The notes below the pieces were generated by a model, which saw nothing but the letters and a program-made list of their open reading frames with translations, was not told the origin of the DNA and made no database searches. Positions 48,731 through 59,037 of a stretch of DNA of 64,000 bases are shown piece after piece; within the stretch, counting starts at the first letter, position 1, and each line of letters opens with the position of its first letter. A program made the translations under genes and the position numbers. Source of the DNA: a bacterium (GTDB lineage Bacteria; Patescibacteriota; Minisyncoccia; 1-14-0-10-42-19); contig JAUYHD010000029.1 of the NCBI GenBank assembly GCA_030690215.1, positions 14,568-78,567 of the forward strand, written 5' to 3'.

Positions 48731-49441
48731 CTATTTTATGAAATGATCGCGAGCCCATCTGCGCTTCGAAACGAGCGAATCGCCGGCTATTTCCCCGTCG
48801 CGAACGCGAATGATCCGCTTCGCATGTTCAGCGGTATATGTCTCGTGAGTAATCAAAAATATCGTGTGCCCTTTTTCTTCATTGAGATGCTGGAGAATCT
48901 CCATAATCGACTGCCCCGATTTTGAATCAAGATTTCCTGTCGGTTCATCGGCAAAAATAACTTGAGGATTATTCACAAGAGCACGCGCAATTGCAACGCG
49001 CTGTTTTTCTCCCCCCGAAAGCTCTGACGGCTCGTGATCAACGCGGTGCGCGAGCCCCACAGATTCAATCGCCTTCATCGCGCGGTCATTCCATTCCGAC
49101 GACGGAATTGTTGAATACGAAAGAGGCAATTTCACATTTTCAAGAACGCTTGCGCGCGCAAGTAAATTAAACATCTGAAAAATAAAACCCATTTTTTCGT
49201 TACGAAGACGCGCAATACCGTCCGGCCCGTAATCATCAAAGGTCTTCCTTTGGAATTTGTATGTACCCCCTGATTGCGCATCCAAAAAGCCAAGCACATG
49301 CAAAAGTGTTGATTTACCCGATCCCGAAGGACCCATAATGCCCACAAACTCTCCTTTTTCAACCTCAAAAGAAACCCCGTGCAAAGCCCGGGTTCCATCT
49401 GGATATTCTTTGGAAATATTTTTTACCTCAATAAGCGCCAT
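48731..49441 (-). CDS. ABC transporter ATP-binding protein (MacB/LolD-like)
   Basis: GPSGSGKST Walker A, LSGGEKQRVAIARAL signature, IIFADEPTGNLD Walker B; start MALIEVKNI. Confidence 0.9.
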   Translation of the reverse strand: MALIEVKNISKEYPDGTRALHGVSFEVEKGEFVGIMGPSGSGKSTLLHVLGFLDAQSGGTYKFQRKTFDDYGPDGIARLRNEKMGFIFQMFNLLARASVLENVKLPLSYSTIPSSEWNDRAMKAIESVGLAHRVDHEPSELSGGEKQRVAIARALVNNPQVIFADEPTGNLDSKSGQSIMEILQHLNEEKGHTIFLITHETYTAEHAKRIIRVRDGEIAGDSLVSKRRWARDHFIK

Positions 49442-49442
49442 A

Positions 49443-51005
49443 TTATTCCCGGAAAAATGTCGCAACTTTTTCTCCTTCCGTAAGCCCGGATATAATCTCA
49501 ATTTCGGCAAAAGATCCGCGAAGTCCCACCGAAACCTCCCTCTCCTCTATAGAGCCATCATTACGGACAACCCTCACAAAACGATTTCCGTTCTTAGAAA
49601 AAACAGAACGAGCGGGAATCGTCAAAACATGTTCCCGCACGGCAGTTACAATATCTACATTTGCGGTCATGCCCGATTTAATGCGCGGGTCACGGACATC
49701 AAATTGAAGTGTGATTTGATACGTTACGACGCCATCAATTACATTTTCTGCGGGATTAATCGTTACAACATGCGCCGGGAACATATCTTCATCCGTATAT
49801 GCATCAAGCGTGATGCGCGCATTATTCCCCAGCGTAATTTTTGTAATATCGGTCTCCGGGATATTCACTTTTACCTCAAACTCGGATTCGGAAATCAACG
49901 ATACGATATCCACCCCCGCGCTCACAATTTGCCCTACTTTGGTATCTTGTTTTGTTACAATACCGCCCATCGGAGAACGAAGAATTGTTTTTGCCAAATC
50001 CGCTTGCTTATTTGCAACCGCCGCCTCCGCCTGTTCAAGTTTTGCTTCCTGAACCCGGACTGCTTCTCCGGTAGGTCCCGCGGTTTTTACCACAAGCTGC
50101 TGGCTTTCATACGACAATGTTGATTCGGCAGTCTGTAATTTTTCCTGTGCCGAAGAAATGTTTGCTGAGGCGGTATTTACCGCTGTTCGCGCCGTTGCAA
50201 TATCCGTCTTGTATCCATCAAGTGTGGTCTGCGAAATGGCGGGGCTTGCCTGCGTTTGATTCACCGCAAGCGCAGATATGTCTAGTTCGGAACGAATGCG
50301 AGCAATATTATTTTTCGCTTCCGTGTAAAATGAAAAGAGATCGCCGTCCGCAGAAATGGCAAGTAATGAAATTTGCCATGTATCAAGAACACCCTCCAAT
50401 ACAGCGCGCCCGTTCTTAATATCATTTTCAAGTTGAGGATTGTTCACAGTAAAATAAATAGTGTAATTTCCTCCTTGCGGGTTTACAAAAATCTGATCAA
50501 GCTTATTGCGGATTGCATCATCTCCTTTTGTGAACGCATCAAGAATAACATCAACCAGATTTTTTCTTGCATCATCAAGAGTGGTTTTTGCGTTTTCAAC
50601 TTTAATTTCTTGAGACCGTATTTCTTCCAGTCGTGCACCGCGGAGTAACTCATCGAGTGCCGCCTGTTCAATTTTAACCCGGGCTTCCGCGTCTTTTAAC
50701 TGCGCTGCAATATCGCTATTTTCTAAAACAATGAGAGAGGCACCCACACCAACTTCGCTCCCGACATCAACAGAGATACGCGACACGCGCCCGGTCCGTT
50801 CAAACGCAAGATCAACCGCGCGCGCAGGCTGGACATTGCCGGTGACACTTACCTCTTCTGAAATATTTTTCCGTTCCACAAAAGCAAAATCAGCAAGAAC
50901 CTCCTCTCCTCCGCGAAAAAGAAAAAATCCTCCGACAATAATACCAATGCCGACAATCGAAGATAGAACAGGATGTTTTTTTATAAGAGAGATCTTTGTT
51001 CTCAT
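49443..51005 (-). CDS. HlyD/MacA-family periplasmic adaptor (membrane fusion protein)
   Basis: N-terminal TM, coiled-coil region, beta-barrel C-terminus; 1-bp gap to ABC ATPase. Confidence 0.8.
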   Translation of the reverse strand: MRTKISLIKKHPVLSSIVGIGIIVGGFFLFRGGEEVLADFAFVERKNISEEVSVTGNVQPARAVDLAFERTGRVSRISVDVGSEVGVGASLIVLENSDIAAQLKDAEARVKIEQAALDELLRGARLEEIRSQEIKVENAKTTLDDARKNLVDVILDAFTKGDDAIRNKLDQIFVNPQGGNYTIYFTVNNPQLENDIKNGRAVLEGVLDTWQISLLAISADGDLFSFYTEAKNNIARIRSELDISALAVNQTQASPAISQTTLDGYKTDIATARTAVNTASANISSAQEKLQTAESTLSYESQQLVVKTAGPTGEAVRVQEAKLEQAEAAVANKQADLAKTILRSPMGGIVTKQDTKVGQIVSAGVDIVSLISESEFEVKVNIPETDITKITLGNNARITLDAYTDEDMFPAHVVTINPAENVIDGVVTYQITLQFDVRDPRIKSGMTANVDIVTAVREHVLTIPARSVFSKNGNRFVRVVRNDGSIEEREVSVGLRGSFAEIEIISGLTEGEKVATFFRE

Positions 51006-51068
51006 AGGAATGCGCTGTCGTTAGAATAAAATTATTTATTTTGCTTGCCCCGAAGTGATGCGGAGCAT

Positions 51069-51326
51069 CTACTTTGGGGATTTTATTTTTTTAATAACAC
51101 CGCGAATAACATCAAGTTTACCTGAAAGATGCGAAGCAAATTTTTCCACTTGAGATAACTTTGTAAACGTGAGCATGTCATGGCCCATGCCGAACACGAG
51201 TAGCTTTTCCCCCTTTTTAATGCCCATTGCTTTCCGGGCTTCCGCAGGAACAACAACCTGCCCTTTCTCGCCCACGGTGGTCGTGCCAAAGAAAAAATGA
51301 TGGTCCTTTTTTTGTTTTTGTATCAT
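51069..51326 (-). CDS. AbrB/MazE/SpoVT-family DNA-binding protein
   Basis: swapped-hairpin motif GTTTVGEKGQVVVPAEARKAMGIKKGEKLLV. Confidence 0.6.
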   Translation of the reverse strand: MIQKQKKDHHFFFGTTTVGEKGQVVVPAEARKAMGIKKGEKLLVFGMGHDMLTFTKLSQVEKFASHLSGKLDVIRGVIKKIKSPK

Positions 51327-51377
51327 GCCTCTATGCTACCCTATTCCTTAAAATCATACAAGTAGGAAATGTACGTC

Positions 51378-52181
51378 TTAGAAGAAAAGAGAGACAACGG
51401 TCACACAGGCAAAGAAGAGAACGAACCACGCAAATCGCACTTTTTGCGCAATGCGCAAAAGTATATGAATCGTACCGAGCCCGACAACAAACGCCGTACT
51501 AAGACCGGCAATAAGTTCTATGGTTATCGCAAAATTATTCAGCTGAAGAAAAATATTCCCCGCAAGCACAATGGGTAAGCTCATAATGAAACTCAACCGC
51601 AAAGCCGAGGCGTCCTCAAACCCGCGAAGCAAAAATGCCGCAACCGTCGTTCCTGATCGCGAAAGACCGGGGAGAACAGAAAACCCCTGAACAATCCCCA
51701 ATATAATACCGTCTGCAAAAGAAAGTGAATCTTTGTTGCGAATGCCTTGCGCCTTTCGCATAAATCCAAGCCCCGCGGTAATAAAAAGCAATATCGCAAC
51801 CCCCCCGGTAACAATTCTGCCCCCCAATTCAATAGAACCGGAAAATTCTTCAACCGCGTTGGAAAAAATAAAGAAGAACACCCATCCGAGAATGCCGCTT
51901 ATAATCGTTGCAATAATATAAAATCGCGCCTCCCTTTGTGATGCGCCATCGTTTTTTCGGTATGAAAATATATGCGACATAATCCGAAAGATATCCTTAT
52001 AAAAATACGCGAATGCCGCAAAAAATGTTCCTAAATGCAAAAAAAGCGAAAGCTCCACCGCGTCTACAAGCGATGTTTCGCCGAAAAAATGAATCTGTGC
52101 TAACACTAAAAAACCCTCCGAACTTATCGGAATCCATTCGGCAAGGCCCTGAATAAAGCCGAGAACAATTGCTTCAAACAT
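51378..52181 (-). CDS. uppP: undecaprenyl-diphosphate phosphatase
   Basis: BacA/UppP motifs (GLAEWIPISSEG, GLSRSG). Confidence 0.9.
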   Translation of the reverse strand: MFEAIVLGFIQGLAEWIPISSEGFLVLAQIHFFGETSLVDAVELSLFLHLGTFFAAFAYFYKDIFRIMSHIFSYRKNDGASQREARFYIIATIISGILGWVFFFIFSNAVEEFSGSIELGGRIVTGGVAILLFITAGLGFMRKAQGIRNKDSLSFADGIILGIVQGFSVLPGLSRSGTTVAAFLLRGFEDASALRLSFIMSLPIVLAGNIFLQLNNFAITIELIAGLSTAFVVGLGTIHILLRIAQKVRFAWFVLFFACVTVVSLFF

Positions 52182-52183
52182 GA

Positions 52184-52393
52184 CTATGCTTCATCCTTAT
52201 TCGTATCCTCATATCCCTCTTCCGTTTCTCTGAGCGCCTCCAATTCCGCTTTCGTTTTTGCATCGCTATGCTCTCCGTCATTGCACGAACACGACACGAG
52301 GTCTTTCCCGTGATGAGGGCAGCTATCCATTTGGCATACGCCGGGAGTGCCTGATATACCTCCGCACCCGCCGGTACAAATAAAATGCTCCAT
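52184..52393 (-). CDS. small Cys-rich acidic protein (putative metal-binding), cotranscribed with uppP
   Basis: CTGGCGG...CQMDSCPHHG...CSCNDGEH: 8 Cys + His in first 40 aa. Confidence 0.4.
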   Translation of the reverse strand: MEHFICTGGCGGISGTPGVCQMDSCPHHGKDLVSCSCNDGEHSDAKTKAELEALRETEEGYEDTNKDEA

Positions 52394-52473
52394 AGCATTA
52401 TATATTATTTAATTATAAAAAATACATCCTTATAATAGCAAACAAATAGAAAGTATCGTAAATCGTCTTATGC

Positions 52474-54471
52474 CTACTCCCCTTTTTCTTGAATATCCCA
52501 AATTTCTTTGCTGATATATTTCTCAGCCCAGTCAAGGTCGCCCAGCAATTGTTCTTCCCGGAGGCGTTCTTCTTCAGAAAGCGCGTTACTCTTTTTTATC
52601 CGATGGATAATTTCCAATTCTTTTCCGATATCATTCCGCACCACGGCAAAACCGCGCTTGAGCGATTCTTCCGCTTCGCGTACTTCGTTGAGCCACGCGC
52701 GGCGTTTCGTTCGCGCATGACGGATATGGATACCGATAAATATGAGGAGCCCGATGTTTATTGCAAATAACCCGAGCATGAGGATAATATAGAGCGTCTC
52801 ATAGCTCAACCGCGACGAACCGAACTGAAAGGCGGTCTGCCGGACATACATTTCAACTTGAGGTGTAGGCGGCGAGAACGACTCACCAAGCCGGGTTTGC
52901 GCCCACACAATATACCGACCGGTCGGCAAAAATGCGTCATGCCGGTAGAGCCAGTCGCCCCTATTATCGGATGTCACCTCAAAACTTCTGGTGCTCCCTG
53001 ATTCAATATCTTGCACATAGACAATTACCGGAACGGTCGCGTTATCTGTTTTGCCTCGAATATAAAATATATCCTCATTTGAAATATCGCGTGACGCGCC
53101 CGTCACGAAAGGCGGCGCGACTACTGATTCATCCGCCTGCGCCGATACCGCCCACCCGAACAAAACCATCACGCTCATACCCGCGACAAAAAGCATCATA
53201 CTCATTTTTCCGTATGTTTTCCGATAATGTTTCAGTTCTTCCAAATCATGCTGAATATCTTTCGGCAGCCGTTTTTCGCTATGCGCTGCATCAACCCGTT
53301 TGTGCAAACGGTATGCCCTCCACGCGCCAAAACCCAATAGAACGCCGAACACCGTCAAAAAAATCCATGTCCACGGATTCCGGACGGCAAACTCAAACGG
53401 AGTGACAATACGGATACGCTCCGTTTCCTCCGTGATATTTCCTGCCGTATCATACGCGCGCACGATAACATCATATACGCCATGCCCCAAAGAAAGAATT
53501 TGCGGCGATTCCGCTTCAATAAATATGCTTTGTTCTTCTGCCTGTGCAATATTGTCTCCTCCGAGAGGAATAACTCTATATTCATAATGACTAATGCCTG
53601 ATACCGCGTCAGTCGTTGCAAAGTTAAGAATAACGGATTGCGCCGTAGTCACGCGTGACGGATTAACAGTGATCGGAAAACGCGCGGGCGGGTCAATATC
53701 AACATGAATCGCAAAATGCGTCGCGCCGCCCCACGCGCCCTCGCGAAGCGCTTTTATGTGAAAATAATGCACGCCGCTCGTCAAATTCGTATACGAAGCG
53801 CTTTGCTGACGCCCTTCAGAAATATTATCTGGAATATCAACCGGTCGCAAAGAAAGCATAAAACTATATCCCTCGGCAAGAATATTGCTTGCCCAAGTAA
53901 ACAGAGCCGTACGCTCCGCGTAATATGTTGTCTGATCCGGAAATGTTTCCGATACAACAATTGGCCCTTGCGGTGGCGGGAGCACAATGCGATATATGCC
54001 GTTTGTCACATCAGCAAGGATAGGAGTCGCCTTGCCGTCGTGCATAAAGACCTCCGACGTATCAGTAAATCGGACAATCGCATCTCCTATTTTCCGCGCA
54101 CGAAATGTAAATGTCGCTACAATGCCTCTGTCTGTCGTAATACCCCCTGGAATGCCTCCTTGAAACCGCATAACACCCGCCTGATTGTCGTACATGGGAC
54201 GTTCTACCCACGTGCCGACAATTGATTTTCCTGTCGAGGAAGGGGAAACTATCTGCAATATATCAGGAGGAAAACGCAATTCCACATCAAACGCGTTTAC
54301 TGTAGCGCCCTCACCGTTAAGGACAACCGAAACGATAAATGTGCTTCCTACCTCAAACGTGCCCGTGTTCGGAGAAAGCGACATCGTAGCCGCATGCGCG
54401 CGCGGCGCGCCCCCCAAAACACCCGCAAGAAAAATAAGAGCAAAAACGAATAACGCGCCCTGGGCTTTCAT
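52474..54471 (-). CDS. large membrane/surface protein with Ig-like or cohesin-like extracellular domain and 3 TM segments
   Basis: signal/TM MKAQGALFVFALIFLAGVLGG; beta-rich N-terminal ~350 aa; TM helices mid and C-terminal. Confidence 0.45.
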   Translation of the reverse strand: MKAQGALFVFALIFLAGVLGGAPRAHAATMSLSPNTGTFEVGSTFIVSVVLNGEGATVNAFDVELRFPPDILQIVSPSSTGKSIVGTWVERPMYDNQAGVMRFQGGIPGGITTDRGIVATFTFRARKIGDAIVRFTDTSEVFMHDGKATPILADVTNGIYRIVLPPPQGPIVVSETFPDQTTYYAERTALFTWASNILAEGYSFMLSLRPVDIPDNISEGRQQSASYTNLTSGVHYFHIKALREGAWGGATHFAIHVDIDPPARFPITVNPSRVTTAQSVILNFATTDAVSGISHYEYRVIPLGGDNIAQAEEQSIFIEAESPQILSLGHGVYDVIVRAYDTAGNITEETERIRIVTPFEFAVRNPWTWIFLTVFGVLLGFGAWRAYRLHKRVDAAHSEKRLPKDIQHDLEELKHYRKTYGKMSMMLFVAGMSVMVLFGWAVSAQADESVVAPPFVTGASRDISNEDIFYIRGKTDNATVPVIVYVQDIESGSTRSFEVTSDNRGDWLYRHDAFLPTGRYIVWAQTRLGESFSPPTPQVEMYVRQTAFQFGSSRLSYETLYIILMLGLFAINIGLLIFIGIHIRHARTKRRAWLNEVREAEESLKRGFAVVRNDIGKELEIIHRIKKSNALSEEERLREEQLLGDLDWAEKYISKEIWDIQEKGE

Positions 54472-54834
54472 CGTGATCCTGAATTCTAGCTTGTAACGCC
54501 TTTCGAGATGTTTCATTGCACTTTGGATTAGAACCTGGGTATTGAGGATTCACAATGGGCTTCCCCTCCCCCTCAAAAAAAAGAACATATGGTTCTTTCG
54601 TAAAATCAGGCAATACAGGCGTTTCTTCGCTTATTGCGATAGCTTCTTGCACGACTTGCTTTCTAATCTCGAAGGCGGACACAGCTCCCAAAATAACCAT
54701 TACCAACAATAAAATCTTATTCCAAGTAGGCATACAACCTCCTATCAATGTGCTTTTATCGTATGGTACTCTTGCTGTGCGGAAAAGGCAACTATTTGGT
54801 AAAAAACCGCATTATATCTATAATAAAAAATAGC

Positions 54835-55599
54835 ATGGCAACACACACACTCTACGCGCTTATAAGCGTTTTCGCGGTCAGCTTCATTTCTCTTGTGGGG
54901 CTGGCGGCCCTTTCCATCAACGGACAACGGCTTAAAAAAATAATTTTTCTTTTAGTGGCGCTCGCTATTGGCGCACTCCTCGGAGATGCATTTATCCATC
55001 TTATTCCGGAAGCAATAGAAGAATCTGGGCATTCTCCACTCATCCCGCTTCTTATTATTGTCGGCATCGTATTCTTCTTTATTTTTGAAAAGCTCCTCGG
55101 CTGGCACCATCATCATCACGAAAAACCGGCAGCCTGCATAGACTGCCAAGACATCCTTCCCGTGGGAAGATTGGTTCTTTTTTCGGATGGGCTCCATAAT
55201 CTTGTTGATGGGATTATTATCGGCGCAAGCTATTTGGTAAGCATTGAGATAGGCATCGCAACCACCATTGCTGTCATATTACATGAAATACCGCAAGAAA
55301 TCGGTGATTTTGGCATATTGATTCACGCGGGATACACAAAAATAAAAGCGCTGTGGTTTAATTTTCTTTCTGCACTGCTTGCAATTGGCGGAGTGCTTCT
55401 CGTAATACTTTTTGGCGAAAACATAGAATCAATGATCCCGTTTATCCTTGCGCTTGCCGCAGGAAATTTTATCTATATCGCAACCGCGGACCTAATCCCC
55501 GAACTCCATAAAGAACACGGCGCCCGGCAATCAGGACTGGAAATAATATTTATTATCGCGGGAGCTGCCGCGATGTATCTTTTGCTTTTCCTTGAATAA
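54835..55599 (+). CDS. ZIP-family divalent metal (Zn) transporter
   Basis: His-rich loop HHHHHEKP, HEIPQEIGDFGIL signature; start MATHTLYA. Confidence 0.85.
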   Translation: MATHTLYALISVFAVSFISLVGLAALSINGQRLKKIIFLLVALAIGALLGDAFIHLIPEAIEESGHSPLIPLLIIVGIVFFFIFEKLLGWHHHHHEKPAACIDCQDILPVGRLVLFSDGLHNLVDGIIIGASYLVSIEIGIATTIAVILHEIPQEIGDFGILIHAGYTKIKALWFNFLSALLAIGGVLLVILFGENIESMIPFILALAAGNFIYIATADLIPELHKEHGARQSGLEIIFIIAGAAAMYLLLFLE

Positions 55600-55628
55600 A
55601 AACATCTTGCACATATCCTAAAAACAAA

Positions 55629-55660
55629 AACATTCCGCAAAATACGGAATGTTTTTTATT
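55629..55660 (+). terminator. rho-independent terminator after ZIP gene
   Basis: aacattccg-caaaata-cggaatgtt + tttttattt. Confidence 0.75.
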
Positions 55661-55924
55661 TATAAAACCAATAAACGAAAAAATTCCGCCGTCAGCGGAA
55701 TTCTTTCAAAGCAGTACTCGTGTGGCAGTTTGTCCGCTCTTATACAAGATATATATCTTCAGCGAAAAACTCGAAAGCGTTCGCAATTTAGATATCTGAA
55801 AAAAATTATTTGATCGGAACCGCCGTTATATAAGAGTACTGCTATTTTTATTATACTCCTTTTCTATAAAAAATCAAGAGCAAAACCTTCTTTACCCACA
55901 CCTATAGTTACATCAACCTATAGC

Positions 55925-56305
55925 CTATTTAAACCACTCTTTAAAGTTTTTTGGCCAGCCCAAGAGCAAAAGCAATGCCAATGGGGCTCCCCAATTAGCC
56001 GACCGCTCTACAAAATCCCATATCGGCATGCCTACAATCGGACGTAAGAGTGCCGTCCAAAATCCCCAAAGCACCATCCATAAAATTGCCGCACGAATTG
56101 GCTTTATCAAAACCAAAATTGCAAGCGTAATATCTATCATCCCCAAAACCAACAATAACGTTTTCGCCATTTCGGGATCTGTGATGCCGAACGTAGAAAA
56201 CCATCCAACCCAATCTTTTTTCCCTTGCAGAGCGAATACCCCATGCCCCAAAAATTCACCCGCAACAGCAATCCGCAATACCCATTGAATATGTTTTGTA
56301 TTCAT
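55925..56305 (-). CDS. DoxX-family membrane protein
   Basis: 4 TM, size and pattern typical of DoxX. Confidence 0.5.
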   Translation of the reverse strand: MNTKHIQWVLRIAVAGEFLGHGVFALQGKKDWVGWFSTFGITDPEMAKTLLLVLGMIDITLAILVLIKPIRAAILWMVLWGFWTALLRPIVGMPIWDFVERSANWGAPLALLLLLGWPKNFKEWFK

Positions 56306-56326
56306 ATATGAGCTAAAAATTAAATG

Positions 56327-56941
56327 TTAATTAGCGTACCACTGGCTATACCACTCTCGCATTGAATTTATTTCTCGGGTCTGCGCTTCAATGATGTTTT
56401 TTGCAAGCTGTTCCATCTCTGGCCTGTCACTCGATCGTAAAAGCATTTGCGCCATCATCACCGCCATCTGATGATGCGGGATCATTTGTTCAATAAATTC
56501 CTTATCGAACACATCCGCATTTTCGAGAGTACCAATATCGGTTTCGTTACCCATCATGCCGCTATGCATCATCATTCCCATGCCATGTCCCATGGAAAAA
56601 CTTACATTGGGAACCTCTTTCCCAAACCACGACGCATACCATTGTTCCATCTGGTCAATTTCTTCTGACTGGGTTCGAATAATGCCAGTTGCAAGCTCCT
56701 TAATTTCTAGATGTTCCGCCCGCGTTGATGCAAGATTTGCCATAATAATTGCATCTTCATGATGAGGAATCATCTGTTCAATGAAGTGAGCATCAATACC
56801 TTCCGCAAAATCACCACTACCCATCATGGAGTCGCGATACATCATTTGTCCCGCCCACGGCATCGCAGGTAAAAATAAAGGCGCAACAAAAATACCTATA
56901 ATAATGCCCGCCACGCCCGAAATGATTATTTCTTTACTCAT
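56327..56941 (-). CDS. DUF305 (four-helix-bundle, copper-resistance-associated) protein
   Basis: duplicated FIEQMIPHHxxA(I/V)xMA motifs. Confidence 0.75.
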   Translation of the reverse strand: MSKEIIISGVAGIIIGIFVAPLFLPAMPWAGQMMYRDSMMGSGDFAEGIDAHFIEQMIPHHEDAIIMANLASTRAEHLEIKELATGIIRTQSEEIDQMEQWYASWFGKEVPNVSFSMGHGMGMMMHSGMMGNETDIGTLENADVFDKEFIEQMIPHHQMAVMMAQMLLRSSDRPEMEQLAKNIIEAQTREINSMREWYSQWYAN

Positions 56942-57005
56942 ATGTTTGTATAATAATTACTATCTATTAATTGTAAGAGCATTCTTCAACCAGAGAATGC
57001 TTCTA

Positions 57006-59024
57006 TTATAAAGCTCTCTTCTTTAACATCATAGCGTTCACCGCAACAATAACCGTAGATAAAGACATGAATACCGCCGCAAGCGCTGGTTCCAAAAAAA
57101 TACCCTTAAATGCCAATACCCCCGCGGCAAGCGGGAGCGCGACAATATTATATCCGGTCGCCCAAAAAAGATTTTGGATCATTTTTGAATATGTCATTTG
57201 AGACAGCCTGATTATTTTTACTATGTCCCGCGGATCGTTGCGAACGAGAATAATCCCGGCTGATTCAATCGCGACATTCGTGCCGGCCCCTATCGCAACT
57301 CCCATATCCGCTTGAGTAAGAGCTGGGGCATCATTAATACCATCGCCCACCATCGCAACCCGAAAACCCTGCCTTTGCAGTTCCTTCACCCTGTCCGCTT
57401 TTGCGCCGGGCAACACTCTCGCGAAATACTCATCAATAGTAAGCTCCTTTGCAACATGCTTTGCGACTTCCTCCGAATCGCCGGTGATCATAGCAACCCG
57501 TATCCCTGCTCGCTTTAAATCCCGGATTGCCTCACGTGCTTCTTCGCGAATGGTGTCTGCAACAGTAATGGTCCCGACAATTTTGCCGTTCTCTTCAACA
57601 ACAATATCGGCACCCCCGCGATGGCCGACAAAAATTGTTCTTCCGTCAATGTCCGCTTCGGTTCCTACGCCCGGTATCCGCCTAAATTGTTTTGCTTCCG
57701 GGATAACAAGCTGTCGTTTTTTTGCTTCAGATACGATTCCTTTTGCAATCGGATGTTCGGAATGGAAATCAGCCGCGGCAGCAAGCGCAAGCGCCTCATC
57801 GGATGAGTAATGCACTACCCCAAATTTTCCTTCAGTAAGCGTTCCTGTCTTGTCAAAAAGCACCATAGTCAATGTACGGGCGCTTTCCAAAGCGATCCGT
57901 TCTCTCACCAAAAAACCATTCTGCGCCGCCTTTGTTGTTGAGATAGAAGCAACCAGAGGCACAGCGAGACCAAGCGCATGAGGACATGCAATAACAAGCA
58001 CCGCAACAAGCCGTGCTACCGCAAAACTGATATCAGCTCCCGCAAAAAGCCAGGCTATGAGCGTAATACCCCCTCCCATAACAGCAAGTATCGTGAGATA
58101 TAATGCCGCCCGGTCCGAAAGAATTTGGAGCCGAGACTTGCTTGCTTGCGCTTGGGCAACCAGACGCATAATGCCGGCAAGAAATGTTTTGTCTCCGATG
58201 GTAGACACGGCAACCTTTAGCATGCCGTCACCGTTGATTGTCCCGGCGATCACACCATCGCCTTCTTTTTTGGAAACTGGCTTTGATTCGCCCGTAACCA
58301 TTGATTCGTTCACATCAGAACCGCCCTCTATGACTACGCCATCTGCAGGTATGCTCGCACCGGGCCTTACCAATACCACATCTTTTTCTTTCAGCTCGGA
58401 TAACAAAATTTTTTCCGTAGTACCATTTCGAATTACTTCGGCAACATCCGGAAGAAGTTTCGATAATTCTTTGAGCGCCCCCTGCGCTCCGCTCACCGCA
58501 CGCATTTCAAGCCAATGGCCAAGGAGCATAATTGTAATAAGTGTTGCAAGCTCCCAAAATAAAACCTCCTCGCCCGCAAACACCGCGTATACGCTCCATA
58601 TATACGCGGCAGAAATCGCAATACCGATAAGCGTCATCATCCCGGGAAGTTTCGCTTGCAGTTCCCGGTATGCCGAACTGATAAACACCCATCCGCCATA
58701 AAAGAAAATGACGGACGCCAGCACAAATGGCATATACGCTGAACCGGGGAATGCCGGCGCCTGATACCCAAGAAGTGTCTGGGCAATATCGGAATATATA
58801 ACTATGGGCAGAGACAGCATCAAGCTCACCCAAAACTTCACCTTGAAAATGTTTGTTGAATGCCCCTGATGCTTATCAAATTCTTGGCGATGTTCGTGCG
58901 TCTTTCTCTCCTTCTTGGCGGGCACAAGCGCCATTCCGCATTCCGGGCACATCCCCGGATGTTGTTGTACGACATCAGGATGCATGGGACAGCTATACAA
59001 TTTTATTTTTTCGTTATGATCCAT
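57006..59024 (-). CDS. copA: copper-translocating P-type ATPase
   Basis: CPH ion motif (ACPHALGLA), DKTGTLT, GDGINDAP; N-terminal Cys-rich metal site CPMHPDVVQQHPGMCPECGMAL. Confidence 0.9.
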   Translation of the reverse strand: MDHNEKIKLYSCPMHPDVVQQHPGMCPECGMALVPAKKERKTHEHRQEFDKHQGHSTNIFKVKFWVSLMLSLPIVIYSDIAQTLLGYQAPAFPGSAYMPFVLASVIFFYGGWVFISSAYRELQAKLPGMMTLIGIAISAAYIWSVYAVFAGEEVLFWELATLITIMLLGHWLEMRAVSGAQGALKELSKLLPDVAEVIRNGTTEKILLSELKEKDVVLVRPGASIPADGVVIEGGSDVNESMVTGESKPVSKKEGDGVIAGTINGDGMLKVAVSTIGDKTFLAGIMRLVAQAQASKSRLQILSDRAALYLTILAVMGGGITLIAWLFAGADISFAVARLVAVLVIACPHALGLAVPLVASISTTKAAQNGFLVRERIALESARTLTMVLFDKTGTLTEGKFGVVHYSSDEALALAAAADFHSEHPIAKGIVSEAKKRQLVIPEAKQFRRIPGVGTEADIDGRTIFVGHRGGADIVVEENGKIVGTITVADTIREEAREAIRDLKRAGIRVAMITGDSEEVAKHVAKELTIDEYFARVLPGAKADRVKELQRQGFRVAMVGDGINDAPALTQADMGVAIGAGTNVAIESAGIILVRNDPRDIVKIIRLSQMTYSKMIQNLFWATGYNIVALPLAAGVLAFKGIFLEPALAAVFMSLSTVIVAVNAMMLKKRAL

Positions 59025-59037
59025 GATTTTACTTTCA

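Noticed and set aside
54353-54748. 131-aa ORF overlapping the 5' end of the large surface-protein gene
   Set aside because: Its N-terminal TM-like stretch could be real. But about two-thirds of it is an out-of-frame overlap with the 680-aa ORF, assuming that gene starts at MKAQGAL (54471), so the call is uncertain and not reported as a feature.
58057-58701. 214-aa plus-strand ORF
   Set aside because: Antisense to copA.
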